Source: an uncultured delta proteobacterium
GTDB lineage: Bacteria; Myxococcota; Myxococcia; Myxococcales; Myxococcaceae
NCBI GenBank assembly: GCA_963745475.1
Contig: CAVUXN010000003.1
Span: 1-39,402 of the forward strand
Reading direction: 5' to 3'
Length of the DNA stretch: 39,402 nucleotides
Positions 21,152 through 29,420 of this stretch are shown here, one piece after another. The position numbers and the translations under genes were made by a program. The notes below the pieces were generated by a model. The model did not search any database. It was given only the letters and a program-made list of their open reading frames with translations, and was not told the origin of the DNA. Each line of letters starts with the position of its first letter. The first letter of the stretch is position 1.

Positions 21152-22453
21152 TCAGCTGCGCTCCAGGACGAGCGCCGCACCAAGCCCGCCCTGGGCGCAG
21201 ACGGTGCAGAGCGCGGTGTTGAGGTTCTTCCGGCGAAGCGCGTGCAGGGCCTGGAGCACCACCCGCGCGCCGGTGGCGGCAAAGGGGTGCCCCAGGGCAA
21301 TGGAGCCCCCATCCACGTTGAGGCGGCTTCTGTCCACCTCGCCCAGCGCCGCCTTCCGCCCCAGCCTCTTGGCGAAAGCCTCCGAGGCGAAGGCCTGGAG
21401 GTTACTGGCCAGCTGCGCCGCGAAAGCCTCGTGCATCTCGAAGAGCTCAATGTCCTTCAGCGTCATGCCGGCTCGGTCGAGCGCCACCGGCGCGGCGTAG
21501 GCTGGCCCCTGAAGCAGCTGGTCCGCCGGGTCCGTGGCGGCGTAGGCAAAGGCACGGACGTAGCCCAGTGGCTCGAGCCCCAACGCACGCGCCCGCTCCT
21601 CGCTCATGACCAGGAGGGCCGCTGCGCCGTCCGTTAAGGGCGAGGAATTGCCGGCGGTAACGGTGCCGTATTTTCTGTCGAAGACGGGCTTCAGCGCGGC
21701 GAGTGCCTCGGCGCTCGTGTCCGGGCGCACAATGTCGTCGCGCTCGACCACCTTCTCGTACCGAGGGGGAATGGCCAGGTGAAACACCTGGGCGTCAAAG
21801 TGCCCCTCCTTCCAGCCCTGGGCTGCATTCCGGTGGGAGGAGAGCGCAATGGCGTCCTGTTCGGCGCGGGAGATGTGGTTCTCCTGCGCCATCTTCTCCG
21901 CGCTCTGCCCCATGCTGAGGCCGGTGGAGTACTCGGCAATTGCCGGCGGGACAGGGACGAGGTCCGCAGCGTGGAGTCCCTCGAAGGCCCGCAGCTTCTC
22001 CGGAAGCCGCTTCGCGCGCGACACCTTCACCAGCGCCCGAGCCAAGGGGCGGCTCGCAAACACCGGGGCATCCGACATGCACTCGGTGCCGCCGGCAATG
22101 GCCACGGCGGAGAGCCCCAAGGCCATGCCCGAGGCCACGTCCGTCAAGGCCTGGAGGCTCGTGGCGCACGCCCGAGCCACGGTGTGCGTCTCAATGGTGC
22201 GCGGAAGGCCGGAGGCGAGCACCACCTCCCGGGCGATGCTCGGGGCCAGCAGTGTCGGAATGACTTGGCCGAAGACGAGTTGGTCGATGGTGCTCGGGTC
22301 GACGCCGGAGCGCTCCACCAGCTCTTGGACCACGGCCCGACCGAGGTCGAGCGCGGTGAGCGTCTGAAAGACGCCTCCCGCCTTGACGAAGGGCGTCCTT
22401 AGGCCGTGGACAATTGCTGCGCGGGTCTTTCCCGCCACACCGAGGGACGCCAT
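21152..22453 (-). CDS. fadI: Acetyl-CoA C-acyltransferase (thiolase)
   Basis: RTPF, ACATS (catalytic Cys), NSSPLTDGAA, MHEAFAAQ, GGSIALGHPFAATG and CAQGG; directly upstream of fadJ. The start could alternatively be TTG at 22492. Confidence 0.92.
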   Translation of the reverse strand: MASLGVAGKTRAAIVHGLRTPFVKAGGVFQTLTALDLGRAVVQELVERSGVDPSTIDQLVFGQVIPTLLAPSIAREVVLASGLPRTIETHTVARACATSLQALTDVASGMALGLSAVAIAGGTECMSDAPVFASRPLARALVKVSRAKRLPEKLRAFEGLHAADLVPVPPAIAEYSTGLSMGQSAEKMAQENHISRAEQDAIALSSHRNAAQGWKEGHFDAQVFHLAIPPRYEKVVERDDIVRPDTSAEALAALKPVFDRKYGTVTAGNSSPLTDGAAALLVMSEERARALGLEPLGYVRAFAYAATDPADQLLQGPAYAAPVALDRAGMTLKDIELFEMHEAFAAQLASNLQAFASEAFAKRLGRKAALGEVDRSRLNVDGGSIALGHPFAATGARVVLQALHALRRKNLNTALCTVCAQGGLGAALVLERS

Positions 22454-22550
22454 GGCCCTCGGGCTTTGACCAGACGTTGACTGCCCTGTCAACGCGCAGG
22501 GAGGAGGCCGTCAGCCACCGGCAGGTCTCACCGACGAAGTCACACGCCGT

Positions 22551-23591
22551 TCAGCCGGCCGGTGTGGGCCCGTGCCGGCCGAAGCGGTGGACTGCGTCCA
22601 CCATCGCCTTGGCCGCCTCGGGCGACGTCGGAGGCAGAATGCCGTGCCCGAGGTTGAAAATGTGCCCCACCGGGCCTGCGCGGCGGAGAATGTCCTGTAC
22701 CCGCGCGTCGAGCTCAGCGGCTGGAAGAAACAGTGCCAGCGGGTCCAAGTTGCCTTGAAGCGCCACCTCGGGCCCGACGCGGGCCCGCGCCTCGTCCAGG
22801 TGAATCCGCCAGTCACAGCCAATGACGTCCGCTCCCGTCCGGACAAGTTGCGGAAGCAGTGTCGACATGGACGTCCCGAAGACAATGACTGGCACGCCGG
22901 TGGCCTTTAGGGCCGCCACCATCCGCTGGAGGTACGGCAATGCGAATGCCTCGTAGTCCTGCGGCCCGAGCTCGCCGCCCCAGGAGTCGAAGATTTGGAC
23001 GAGGCGTGCGCCCGCGGCCACCTGCATCTTCAAATAAGGGATGAGCGTTTCCGTCAGCTTTTCGAAAAGGGCGTGGGCCAGCTTGGGCTGCTCGAAGAGG
23101 AGGCGCTTGATGAGGATGAAACTCTTCGAGCCGCCGCCCTCCACCATGTACGCCGCCAGGGTGAAGGGAGCGCCAGCAAAGCCAATGACCGGGACGCTGT
23201 CCGAGAGCGCCCGGCGCGTCCGCCGAATGGCTTCGGCCAGGAAGCCCGTCGCCTCTTCCGGGTCGGGTATGGCCAGGCGTTCGACGTCGGCCGAAGTCCT
23301 CAACGGCTGGGGAAAGTGTGGACCCCGGTCGCCCAGCTCGAGCTCCATCCCCATCGCCTCGACTGGGATGAGGATGTCCGAGAAGATGATGGCCGCGTCC
23401 ACCCCGAGACGGGTCACGGGTTGCACGGTGACCTCGGCCGCGAGGTCCGGCGTCTTGCACAGCTCGAGGAACTGCACCTTCCCGCGGATGGCGCGGTACT
23501 CGGGCAGGTAGCGGCCCGCCTGCCGCATGAGCCAGACAGGCGTTACGTCCACGGGCTGCCGGCGTGCGGCACGGAGGATGCGGTCGTTCAT
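22551..23591 (-). CDS. hemE: Uroporphyrinogen decarboxylase
   Basis: PVWLMRQAGRYLPEY, AIIFSDIL, IGFAGAPFTLAAY, QIFDSW, LQGNLDP and HIFNLGHG. Confidence 0.97.
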   Translation of the reverse strand: MNDRILRAARRQPVDVTPVWLMRQAGRYLPEYRAIRGKVQFLELCKTPDLAAEVTVQPVTRLGVDAAIIFSDILIPVEAMGMELELGDRGPHFPQPLRTSADVERLAIPDPEEATGFLAEAIRRTRRALSDSVPVIGFAGAPFTLAAYMVEGGGSKSFILIKRLLFEQPKLAHALFEKLTETLIPYLKMQVAAGARLVQIFDSWGGELGPQDYEAFALPYLQRMVAALKATGVPVIVFGTSMSTLLPQLVRTGADVIGCDWRIHLDEARARVGPEVALQGNLDPLALFLPAAELDARVQDILRRAGPVGHIFNLGHGILPPTSPEAAKAMVDAVHRFGRHGPTPAG

Positions 23592-23737
23592 CGACAGGCC
23601 TCAGCCTACAGCGTGAGCAGGAAGGGCATGCCTCCGAATGTCGACTCACCCCGCCTAACCGAAGTTGCCGACCGACGTCTCCGGTTCCGCTCAAGGCAGT
23701 CCGCACAAGTGCTGCTATGAGAAGAGGCCGTGCGTCC

Positions 23738-23767
23738 TTGACACTCCGGGGAATCGGCCAGTAAGAG
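23738..23767 (+). promoter_or_regulatory. Sigma-70-type promoter for the tRNA pair
   Basis: Perfect TTGACA at 23738-23743, 18 nt spacer, TAAGAG at 23762-23767, 20 nt before tRNA-Val. Confidence 0.6.
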
Positions 23768-23786
23768 CCCAGCCTCTATTCGGGCC

Positions 23787-23858
23787 GGGCGGGTAGCTCA
23801 GCGGTAGAGCATCGCCCTTACAAGGCGAGGGTCACAGGTTCGACCCCTGTCCCGCCCA
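23787..23858 (+). tRNA. trnV: tRNA-Val (anticodon TAC)
   Basis: Cloverleaf: GGGCGGG/CCCGCCC acceptor stem, GCTC/GAGC D-arm, TCGCC-CTTACAA-GGCGA anticodon arm, ACAGG-TTCGACC-CCTGT T-arm. CCA is not encoded. Confidence 0.96.
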
Positions 23859-23874
23859 AGGTTGTCGTTGTGCT

Positions 23875-23948
23875 GGGGAGTTAGTTCAGCTGGTTAGAAC
23901 GCCGGCCTGTCACGCCGGAGGTCACGGGTTCAAGTCCCGTACTCCTCG
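23875..23948 (+). tRNA. trnD: tRNA-Asp (anticodon GTC)
   Basis: GGGGAGT/ACTCCTC acceptor stem, GTTC/GAAC D-arm, CCGGC-CTGTCAC-GCCGG anticodon arm, ACGGG-TTCAAGT-CCCGT T-arm, discriminator G. Confidence 0.96.
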
Positions 23949-24091
23949 CTTCGGAAAGCATGAACGGTGGCGACACGTTGCGCGGAAGCCTCTCGCGCGT
24001 GTGGGGGCCACTTTCAAGGCTGGGGGACCGAGTCGAGGTGAGCGGCCGTCCCCAGCGATTCCCGCGCCGATGGAGAGGGTTCCGGAGCACG

Positions 24092-25540
24092 CTACCAATG
24101 CGGGCGGTCCGCGACGGCGGCGAGGAGTTCCGGAATGGCCGCGCCCAACTGCTCCGCGGAGAGCCCGCCGAAACGCAGGAACAGGCCGTCGTCCGGAGCG
24201 CGGCGGATCCGGTACGAGCTGAGCAGGGCGAGGTCGAGTCCGGTTCGTGCCGCGACCTCGCGGACGAGGTCGCCCGAGGGATGCCGCAGCAGGAGATGGA
24301 ACCCCGCGGGGTTGCTCGACCAGCTCCACCCGCCGTTGGAGAGAGGCTCGAACGCCTCGACGAGCCGGGACCGCTTGGCCGAGTAGATCGAACGCATGCG
24401 CCGCAGGTGCGAGGAGAAATGCCCCTCCTCCATGAAGTGGCTCGTGACCAGCTGGGAGAGCGCGGGCGAGAAGCCATCCAGCTGGGTGCGGAGGTTCGCG
24501 AGCGGCTCCACCAGGTCCTCCGGAACCACCGCATAGGCGAGCCGGAGCGAGAGGAACAACGCCTTGCTCAGCGTCCCCACGTAGAGCACATGCGAGCTCG
24601 GATCGAGCGCGTGGAGCGTCGTCAGCGGTTGGCCGAAGTAGCGGAACTCACCGTCGTAGTCGTCCTCGATGATCCAGGCGTTGCTGCGACCTGCCCACTC
24701 GAGGAGGGCGAGTCGCCGATCGAGACCGAGGCTGACTCCGGTCGGGTACTGGTGAGGCGGCGTGAGGTACACGAGTCGTGCGTCCGGCGCCCGGCGGATG
24801 CCGGCGTCGACCTGGATGCCCTGGTCGTCGACCGGGACCGGGACCACGCGGGTTCGCGCAAGCTCGAACGCCGCGCGCGCTCCGGGATAGCCTGGGTCCT
24901 CTAGCCACACCGGGTCGCCCGGATCGAGCAGGAGGGTGGCCAGGAGATAGATCGCCTGCTGGGCGCTGTTGAAGACGACGACGTTCTCCGCGCCGCACCG
25001 GATGCCGCGGAACTGCGCCAGGTGCCGGGCGATCGCCGCGCGCAGCTCCGGGACGCCACGCGGGTCGGCCAGACCCATGGCCCGCGGCCCCTCCGTGCGG
25101 CAGACCTGCGCCTGGATTCGCTGCCAGGTCCTCCAGGGGAACTCGCCCGCGTCGGCGATGCCAGAGTTGAATGCGCGGGTAACCTCGGGCTCGCGGCAGC
25201 CAGCGTGGGCGGAGATCACCACGCCTCGCCGGGACGGCGCGCGCAGGGGCTGGGGGCGGCGCGTGGCTGAGGCGGCTTTCGGGAGCGCACGCTCGAGGAC
25301 GAACGTTCCACGGCCGACGCCCCTTCGAAGAAACCCCTCCTCGGTGAGCTGCGCGAAGGTCTCCTCGACCATGCCCCGGGAGACGCCGTAGTCCGCCGCG
25401 GCTTGACGACTCGACGGCAGCCGATCTCCCGGAGCGAGCACCCCACCGAGAATCGCGTTGCGGAGCACCTGGTAGAGGTCACGGCGCCTGACACGCGCCG
25501 CGGGGACCGGTGGCAGCATGACTCCGCGCGTTCGCCGCAT
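24092..25540 (-). CDS. MocR/PdxR-family transcriptional regulator (GntR wHTH + PLP-dependent aminotransferase-like domain)
   Basis: LYQVLRNAILGG...GDRLPSSRQAA...GVSRG..EEGFL...GRGTFV; EDPGY, YLTPPHQYPTG, IIEDDYDGEF and GTLSK (PLP lysine). Confidence 0.93.
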   Translation of the reverse strand: MRRTRGVMLPPVPAARVRRRDLYQVLRNAILGGVLAPGDRLPSSRQAAADYGVSRGMVEETFAQLTEEGFLRRGVGRGTFVLERALPKAASATRRPQPLRAPSRRGVVISAHAGCREPEVTRAFNSGIADAGEFPWRTWQRIQAQVCRTEGPRAMGLADPRGVPELRAAIARHLAQFRGIRCGAENVVVFNSAQQAIYLLATLLLDPGDPVWLEDPGYPGARAAFELARTRVVPVPVDDQGIQVDAGIRRAPDARLVYLTPPHQYPTGVSLGLDRRLALLEWAGRSNAWIIEDDYDGEFRYFGQPLTTLHALDPSSHVLYVGTLSKALFLSLRLAYAVVPEDLVEPLANLRTQLDGFSPALSQLVTSHFMEEGHFSSHLRRMRSIYSAKRSRLVEAFEPLSNGGWSWSSNPAGFHLLLRHPSGDLVREVAARTGLDLALLSSYRIRRAPDDGLFLRFGGLSAEQLGAAIPELLAAVADRPHW

Positions 25541-25641
25541 AGATTCACCTCGGAATGGTCCATTCTACAAGCCAAAATCGGCCCTGGAAACCGGACCCAA
25601 TTGAGGCCACCCTCGCGGCGTCCTCACCGGAGGTTCGAAAA

Positions 25642-26940
25642 ATGCGCGGGCAACTCATTCTTGTCTGGCTGGCGGCCGCGACGGTCCCGGCGGCTGGCGG
25701 CACGTTGCCGTTCATCACCGATGACTTCGCGCGCGCCCAGGCGGAGGCACGTGCGCGTCACGTCCCGGTCTTCGTCGATGTCTGGGCGCCGTGGTGATAC
25801 TCGTGCCGCCTGATGCGGGTCACCCTGTCTGACCCGACTCTGGTGCGGCAGGCCGGACGGTTCGTCTGGCTCGAGCTCAACTACGACGAGGTAGCGAATC
25901 AGGCCTTCCTGGAGCGCCACGGCGTCGCCTGGACGCCCGTGCTCTTCGTGCTTGATCCCTCGGACGAGCGCGTCACCGCCAGTCACGTCGGCGGGATGTC
26001 GCTGTCCGAGCTGAAGAGGTTTCTCGGGGAAGGAGAACGTGGCTTCCAGTCGGCGGAGAAGGGGAGCGCCGCGGCGGCGCTCTCGCGCGGGGACGGGGCA
26101 GCCGGGCGAGGACAGCTCGCGGCGGCGACGGAGGCGTACCGGGAAGCTCTGAAGCTCGGAGGCGTCCGGTGGACTCAGCGCGAGCGTGCGCTCGATGCGC
26201 TGGTGGGCACCCTCCAGGTGCGACGCGAGTGGCGGACATGCGCCGAGACCGCCACCGCCGATGTGCTCGGGCTCCCGCGGGACAGCATTTTCGCGCGAAT
26301 CGTCCACGTCGGGCTCGGCTGTGCGAACGTCGGCGAGGACGCTCTCTGGGCCCAGGAGGCGCGGAAGACGCTGGAGCCTCTGGCCGTCCAGGCGACGGCC
26401 ATCGGCGGGGTTCCGCGCGACGACCACTTTCAGCTCTTCGAGCAGCTGATGGTGGCCGCCCAGAACCGCAACGCCTCCGACGAGAACGTGAAGTGGGGAA
26501 AGCGATGGCTCCAGGAGATCGACCAGGTCGTCCCGTCGAGCGACGACGAGCGCTCGGGGTTGGACGTTGCCCGCGTCGATGCAGTGCTGCTGCTGGGCGA
26601 GCCTGCGCTGGCCCTGCAGGCTCTCGAGGTGTCGGAGCGGGCGATGCCGAAGAACTACACGGCCTCCTCGAGGCTGGCTCGGGTGGCGGAGGCCGCCGGG
26701 CGCCACGACGAGGCGTTGGCCGCTTGCGACCGGGGACTGCTGCACGTCGATGGCCCGATCGGACGGACCGGATTGCTCCTCACGAAGGCGAGCGCGCTTC
26801 GCGGCAAGGGCGAGCTGTCACGGGCAACGGAAACCGCGCACCTCGCGTTCCAGGCGGCGAGAACCATTCCGAACCCCTACAACCGCGCCAACGCCGAGAA
26901 GCGGGCATCCGACCTCATCGCCAGCCTCGCATCGAAGTGA
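25642..26940 (+). CDS. Exported thioredoxin-fold + TPR-like protein with in-frame TGA (UxxC); probable selenoprotein, 432 aa
   Basis: GGAGG RBS, ATG 25642, signal peptide, then LPFITDDFARAQAEARARHVPVFVDVWAPW-TGA(25795-25797)-YSCRLMR, continuing in the same frame into track ORF 25813..26940 (VAWTPVLFVLDP cis-Pro loop, then helical repeats). Confidence 0.8.
25804..25850 (+). promoter_or_regulatory. Candidate bacterial SECIS hairpin
   Basis: Lower stem TGCCGC(25804-09)/GCGGCA(25845-50). Perfect 7-bp upper stem CGGGTCA(25816-22)/TGACCCG(25830-36) with loop CCCTGTC starting 26 nt after the UGA. Confidence 0.55.
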
Positions 26941-26974
26941 CCGGAGCCAGTGCGCTCGAGTTCGGTCTGCGCGC

Positions 26975-27133
26975 ATGTCGAGCGGGTACCAGGTCGAAGG
27001 CGGTCGCCGCGGCATCGTGGTGACCGGGACGATCTGGGCTTCCCGACGACTCTTCCCGACGCTGAAGGCAGCGCCCTTCCTCTGGGCTGCCTTTGGTGCC
27101 GCCCTCCTGATCCTCGCGAGCTACCTTTCCTGA
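26975..27133 (+). CDS. Possible small membrane peptide (52 aa)
   Basis: ATG 26975, MSSGYQ...APFLWAAFGAALLILASYLS with one C-terminal hydrophobic helix. No clear RBS. Confidence 0.25.
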   Translation: MSSGYQVEGGRRGIVVTGTIWASRRLFPTLKAAPFLWAAFGAALLILASYLS

Positions 27134-27512
27134 GAGCTCGAGCACCGTTGAACGTTCGCCAGTGCTGGAGCTCGCCGCAGTTGCAGACCCACAGCGCGAG
27201 CTCCCGGTGTGTGCCTGATGGAGCCTCGCGCTGACGCCCGCTCCCTCGGATCGGGCGTCCGCTCCGGGCGTTCCGAGCGTCGGCTCTCACCAGCGTCGAT
27301 CCCGACCGGACTGGATGCATTCACCCGTCGGGGCGCCGACTGCCAAGGCGCGCGCTGGAGGCCCAAGCAAGCTCTGCTGCACGTTCGCCCACGGGGCCAG
27401 TGAGCGTGGGCGTCTGCGGCACGTTCGGTCCCCCACCCGTGAAGAACGCAAGCTCCGTCGCCTCATCCTCCGCGGAATGTGTCAACGGGAATGAGACAGC
27501 AGCGTCACTGAA

Positions 27513-27956
27513 TTAGCGAGCGGACACCTCCTTTGGAAGGGGTTTTGCGCCCCTCGCCTTCGGGAGAAACACCGTGAGCAGGAAGACGGCCACCGCCGGA
27601 GCGGCGGATTCAATCGGCAAGAGGATGGCGTAGGCATTTGCTTGAGCTGCTGACAGCTCCCTGCGCATGGCAGGGCCAACGTCAGCGCTGTAGAAATCGT
27701 CGAATGCTCCTGCGCTCGCCCAGAGTACCGCAAGCGTTCCGGCTAACAGGGCCAGAGCCCATCTCCGGCGGCGGTCTCGAATGCGTTGCGCCCAAACCAT
27801 CAGCAGGACGCAGATTCCCAGGGCGGCCGTAGCCGCGAAGAGACGGCCCGGACTCCATGGGACAGTCTCTTTGTCCATGACCTCGGCTGCGGCTGCGGTA
27901 GGCCAAGTCGAGAGTCCGAGCCCCGCTCGGGTCGTCCAGCGCAGCCATCGATTCAT
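27513..27956 (-). CDS. IS passenger gene: hypothetical membrane protein (signal peptide + ~3 TMs)
   Basis: The ATG overlaps the transposase stop (ATGA, 27953-27956) and the ORF ends 12 bp inside the IR. Ala-rich signal-like N-terminus and three hydrophobic segments. Confidence 0.7.
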   Translation of the reverse strand: MNRWLRWTTRAGLGLSTWPTAAAAEVMDKETVPWSPGRLFAATAALGICVLLMVWAQRIRDRRRRWALALLAGTLAVLWASAGAFDDFYSADVGPAMRRELSAAQANAYAILLPIESAAPAVAVFLLTVFLPKARGAKPLPKEVSAR

Positions 27957-28951
27957 GTGGCCATCTCTTGCAGGCCCTGAGCCGGCGGCTTGTTAATCCA
28001 AACCTCTGTCGGCGCGATACCGGGGCTCGGAAGTCCGTGCACAAATCGCTCTGGGTGCGTCTCAAATGCCGCGGCGAGCACCATGGTGCGGTGCTGGAGC
28101 CGCATTGCAGCGCGCCCATCGTGGACGTCCGCAGGTGTCAGCAAACCCAGACTGACGTGGTGGTGTTCGCCGTTGTACCAGGCGAAGAAGTCGCCCAAGA
28201 ATCCGCGCGCGTCTTCAATGCAGCCGAAGTTGTCCGGGAAATCAGGTCGGTACTTCAACGTCTTGAAGTGCGCCTCACTGAAGGGGTTGTCATTTGAGAC
28301 GTGTGGCCGTGAATGCGTCTTCGTTACGCCCAAGTCTGCCAAGAGGAAAGCGACTGGCTTGCTCGTCATGGAGCTGCCCCTGTCAGCGTGCAGCGTCAAC
28401 TGGCCCGGCTGAATGCCTTGGTGCTCGCACGTGTCTGCGATGAGCCGCTTGGCGAGCGCAGCCGACTCTGCGTGCGCCACCATCCACCCCACGACGTACC
28501 GGCTGTACACGTCGAGGATGGTGTACAGGTAGAAGTACGTCCACTTCGCCGGCCCGAGCAGCTTGGTGATGTCCCATGTCCACAACTGCTTGGGCGCGGT
28601 CGCCAGCAACTGGGGCGCAGCGTACTTCGGATGCCGAAGTTGGTTACGCCGCTCTCTCACCTCGCCGCGGGCATCCAGGAGCCGATACATCGTGCGCACG
28701 CTGCACAGGTACCGGCCCTCATCGAGCAACTGTGCATAGACCTCCCGTGGAGCCTGGTCTTCAAACCGGAGCTCATGCAAGACGGAGAGGACTTCGGTCT
28801 TCTCAATAACGGTGAGCGCTCTCGGTGATGACGGCCGCGAGCACAGTCGCCGTGGATTGCGCCGCCTGTAGTACGTCGCTCTGGGCAGTCCCAATGCTTC
28901 GCACGCCGTCTTTGTCCCCAGCGTCTCGCTGGCTTGAGCAACGGCTTCCAT
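27953..28951 (-). CDS. IS3-family transposase OrfB (DDE/rve integrase core)
   Basis: WTWDITKL, ILDVYSRYVVGW, LHADRGSSM, SRPHVSNDNPFSEAHFKTLKY and WYNGEHHH. Confidence 0.95.
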   Translation of the reverse strand: MEAVAQASETLGTKTACEALGLPRATYYRRRNPRRLCSRPSSPRALTVIEKTEVLSVLHELRFEDQAPREVYAQLLDEGRYLCSVRTMYRLLDARGEVRERRNQLRHPKYAAPQLLATAPKQLWTWDITKLLGPAKWTYFYLYTILDVYSRYVVGWMVAHAESAALAKRLIADTCEHQGIQPGQLTLHADRGSSMTSKPVAFLLADLGVTKTHSRPHVSNDNPFSEAHFKTLKYRPDFPDNFGCIEDARGFLGDFFAWYNGEHHHVSLGLLTPADVHDGRAAMRLQHRTMVLAAAFETHPERFVHGLPSPGIAPTEVWINKPPAQGLQEMAT

Positions 28952-29352
28952 CAGGTCTTCTCTTCGGGGAGCTGGACTCCCAACAGCCGCGAGACTTTTT
29001 TTTGGACGTCGATGATGATTTCCGCCCGCTCAAGCTGAGCCTTGGTACGTGCCAACTCGTGCTCCAGCTCGCCGACCTTCTTCTCCAGCGGGTGGGGCAT
29101 GTGCGCCTTGGGGCCGCGCCTCTTCGGCGACAGGGCCGCCAGCTCGCCTCTGTCGCGCGCCTTGCGCCAATCCGCCAGGTGAGACGAGAACAGCCCCTCG
29201 CGCCGGAGGAGCGCACCAACCTCACCGCGCTGCGTGCACCGTTCGGCCTGGTCCAGAATCCGCTTCTTGTATTCGGCCGTGAAACGACGCCGCTTCGCCT
29301 TCTCCGTCACCTCGGTCTCCGAGACGCGAGGCACTACCACCGCCTGACTCAC
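28951..29352 (-). CDS. IS3-family transposase OrfA (HTH) with A8G -1 frameshift site
   Basis: RRRFTAEYKKRIL...LRREGLFSSHLADWRK, then a coiled coil. Slippery CAAAAAAAAG at ~28995-29004; the -1 frame is open into orfB; TGATG stop/start overlap. Confidence 0.9.
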   Translation of the reverse strand: MSQAVVVPRVSETEVTEKAKRRRFTAEYKKRILDQAERCTQRGEVGALLRREGLFSSHLADWRKARDRGELAALSPKRRGPKAHMPHPLEKKVGELEHELARTKAQLERAEIIIDVQKKVSRLLGVQLPEEKT

Positions 29353-29420
29353 CTGTGGCCGCCTTGGTCGCCCTCTACCGTAAACTACCCCCTGCGGGCT
29401 GTCTCACACGCACTGGCACA

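Larger units (their letters stand above)
27478..29420 (-). mobile_element. IS3-family insertion sequence (~1.94 kb) with a passenger gene
   Basis: Terminal inverted repeats TGTGTCAACGGGAATGAGACAGC (27478-27500) and, on the minus strand, TGTGCCAGTGCGTGTGAGACAGC (29420-29398), 17/23 identical. They enclose orfA, orfB and one extra ORF. No target-site duplication is visible. Confidence 0.85.

Noticed and set aside
23881..24534. Minus-strand ORF ending ARSTGLEPVTSGVTGRRSNQLN, reminiscent of integrase tails that read into a tRNA
   Set aside because: The tail is simply the antisense of tRNA-Asp and the rest is an alternative frame of the MocR gene. No tyrosine-recombinase motifs are present.
27400..27479. 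EERKLRRLILRG(M) left of the IS, which could join EGRAEAG as the recombinase helix E
   Set aside because: The upstream frame shows no serine-recombinase catalytic motifs, the junction is not in frame using the IR-defined ends, and there is no target duplication. Probably coincidence, though worth an alignment.
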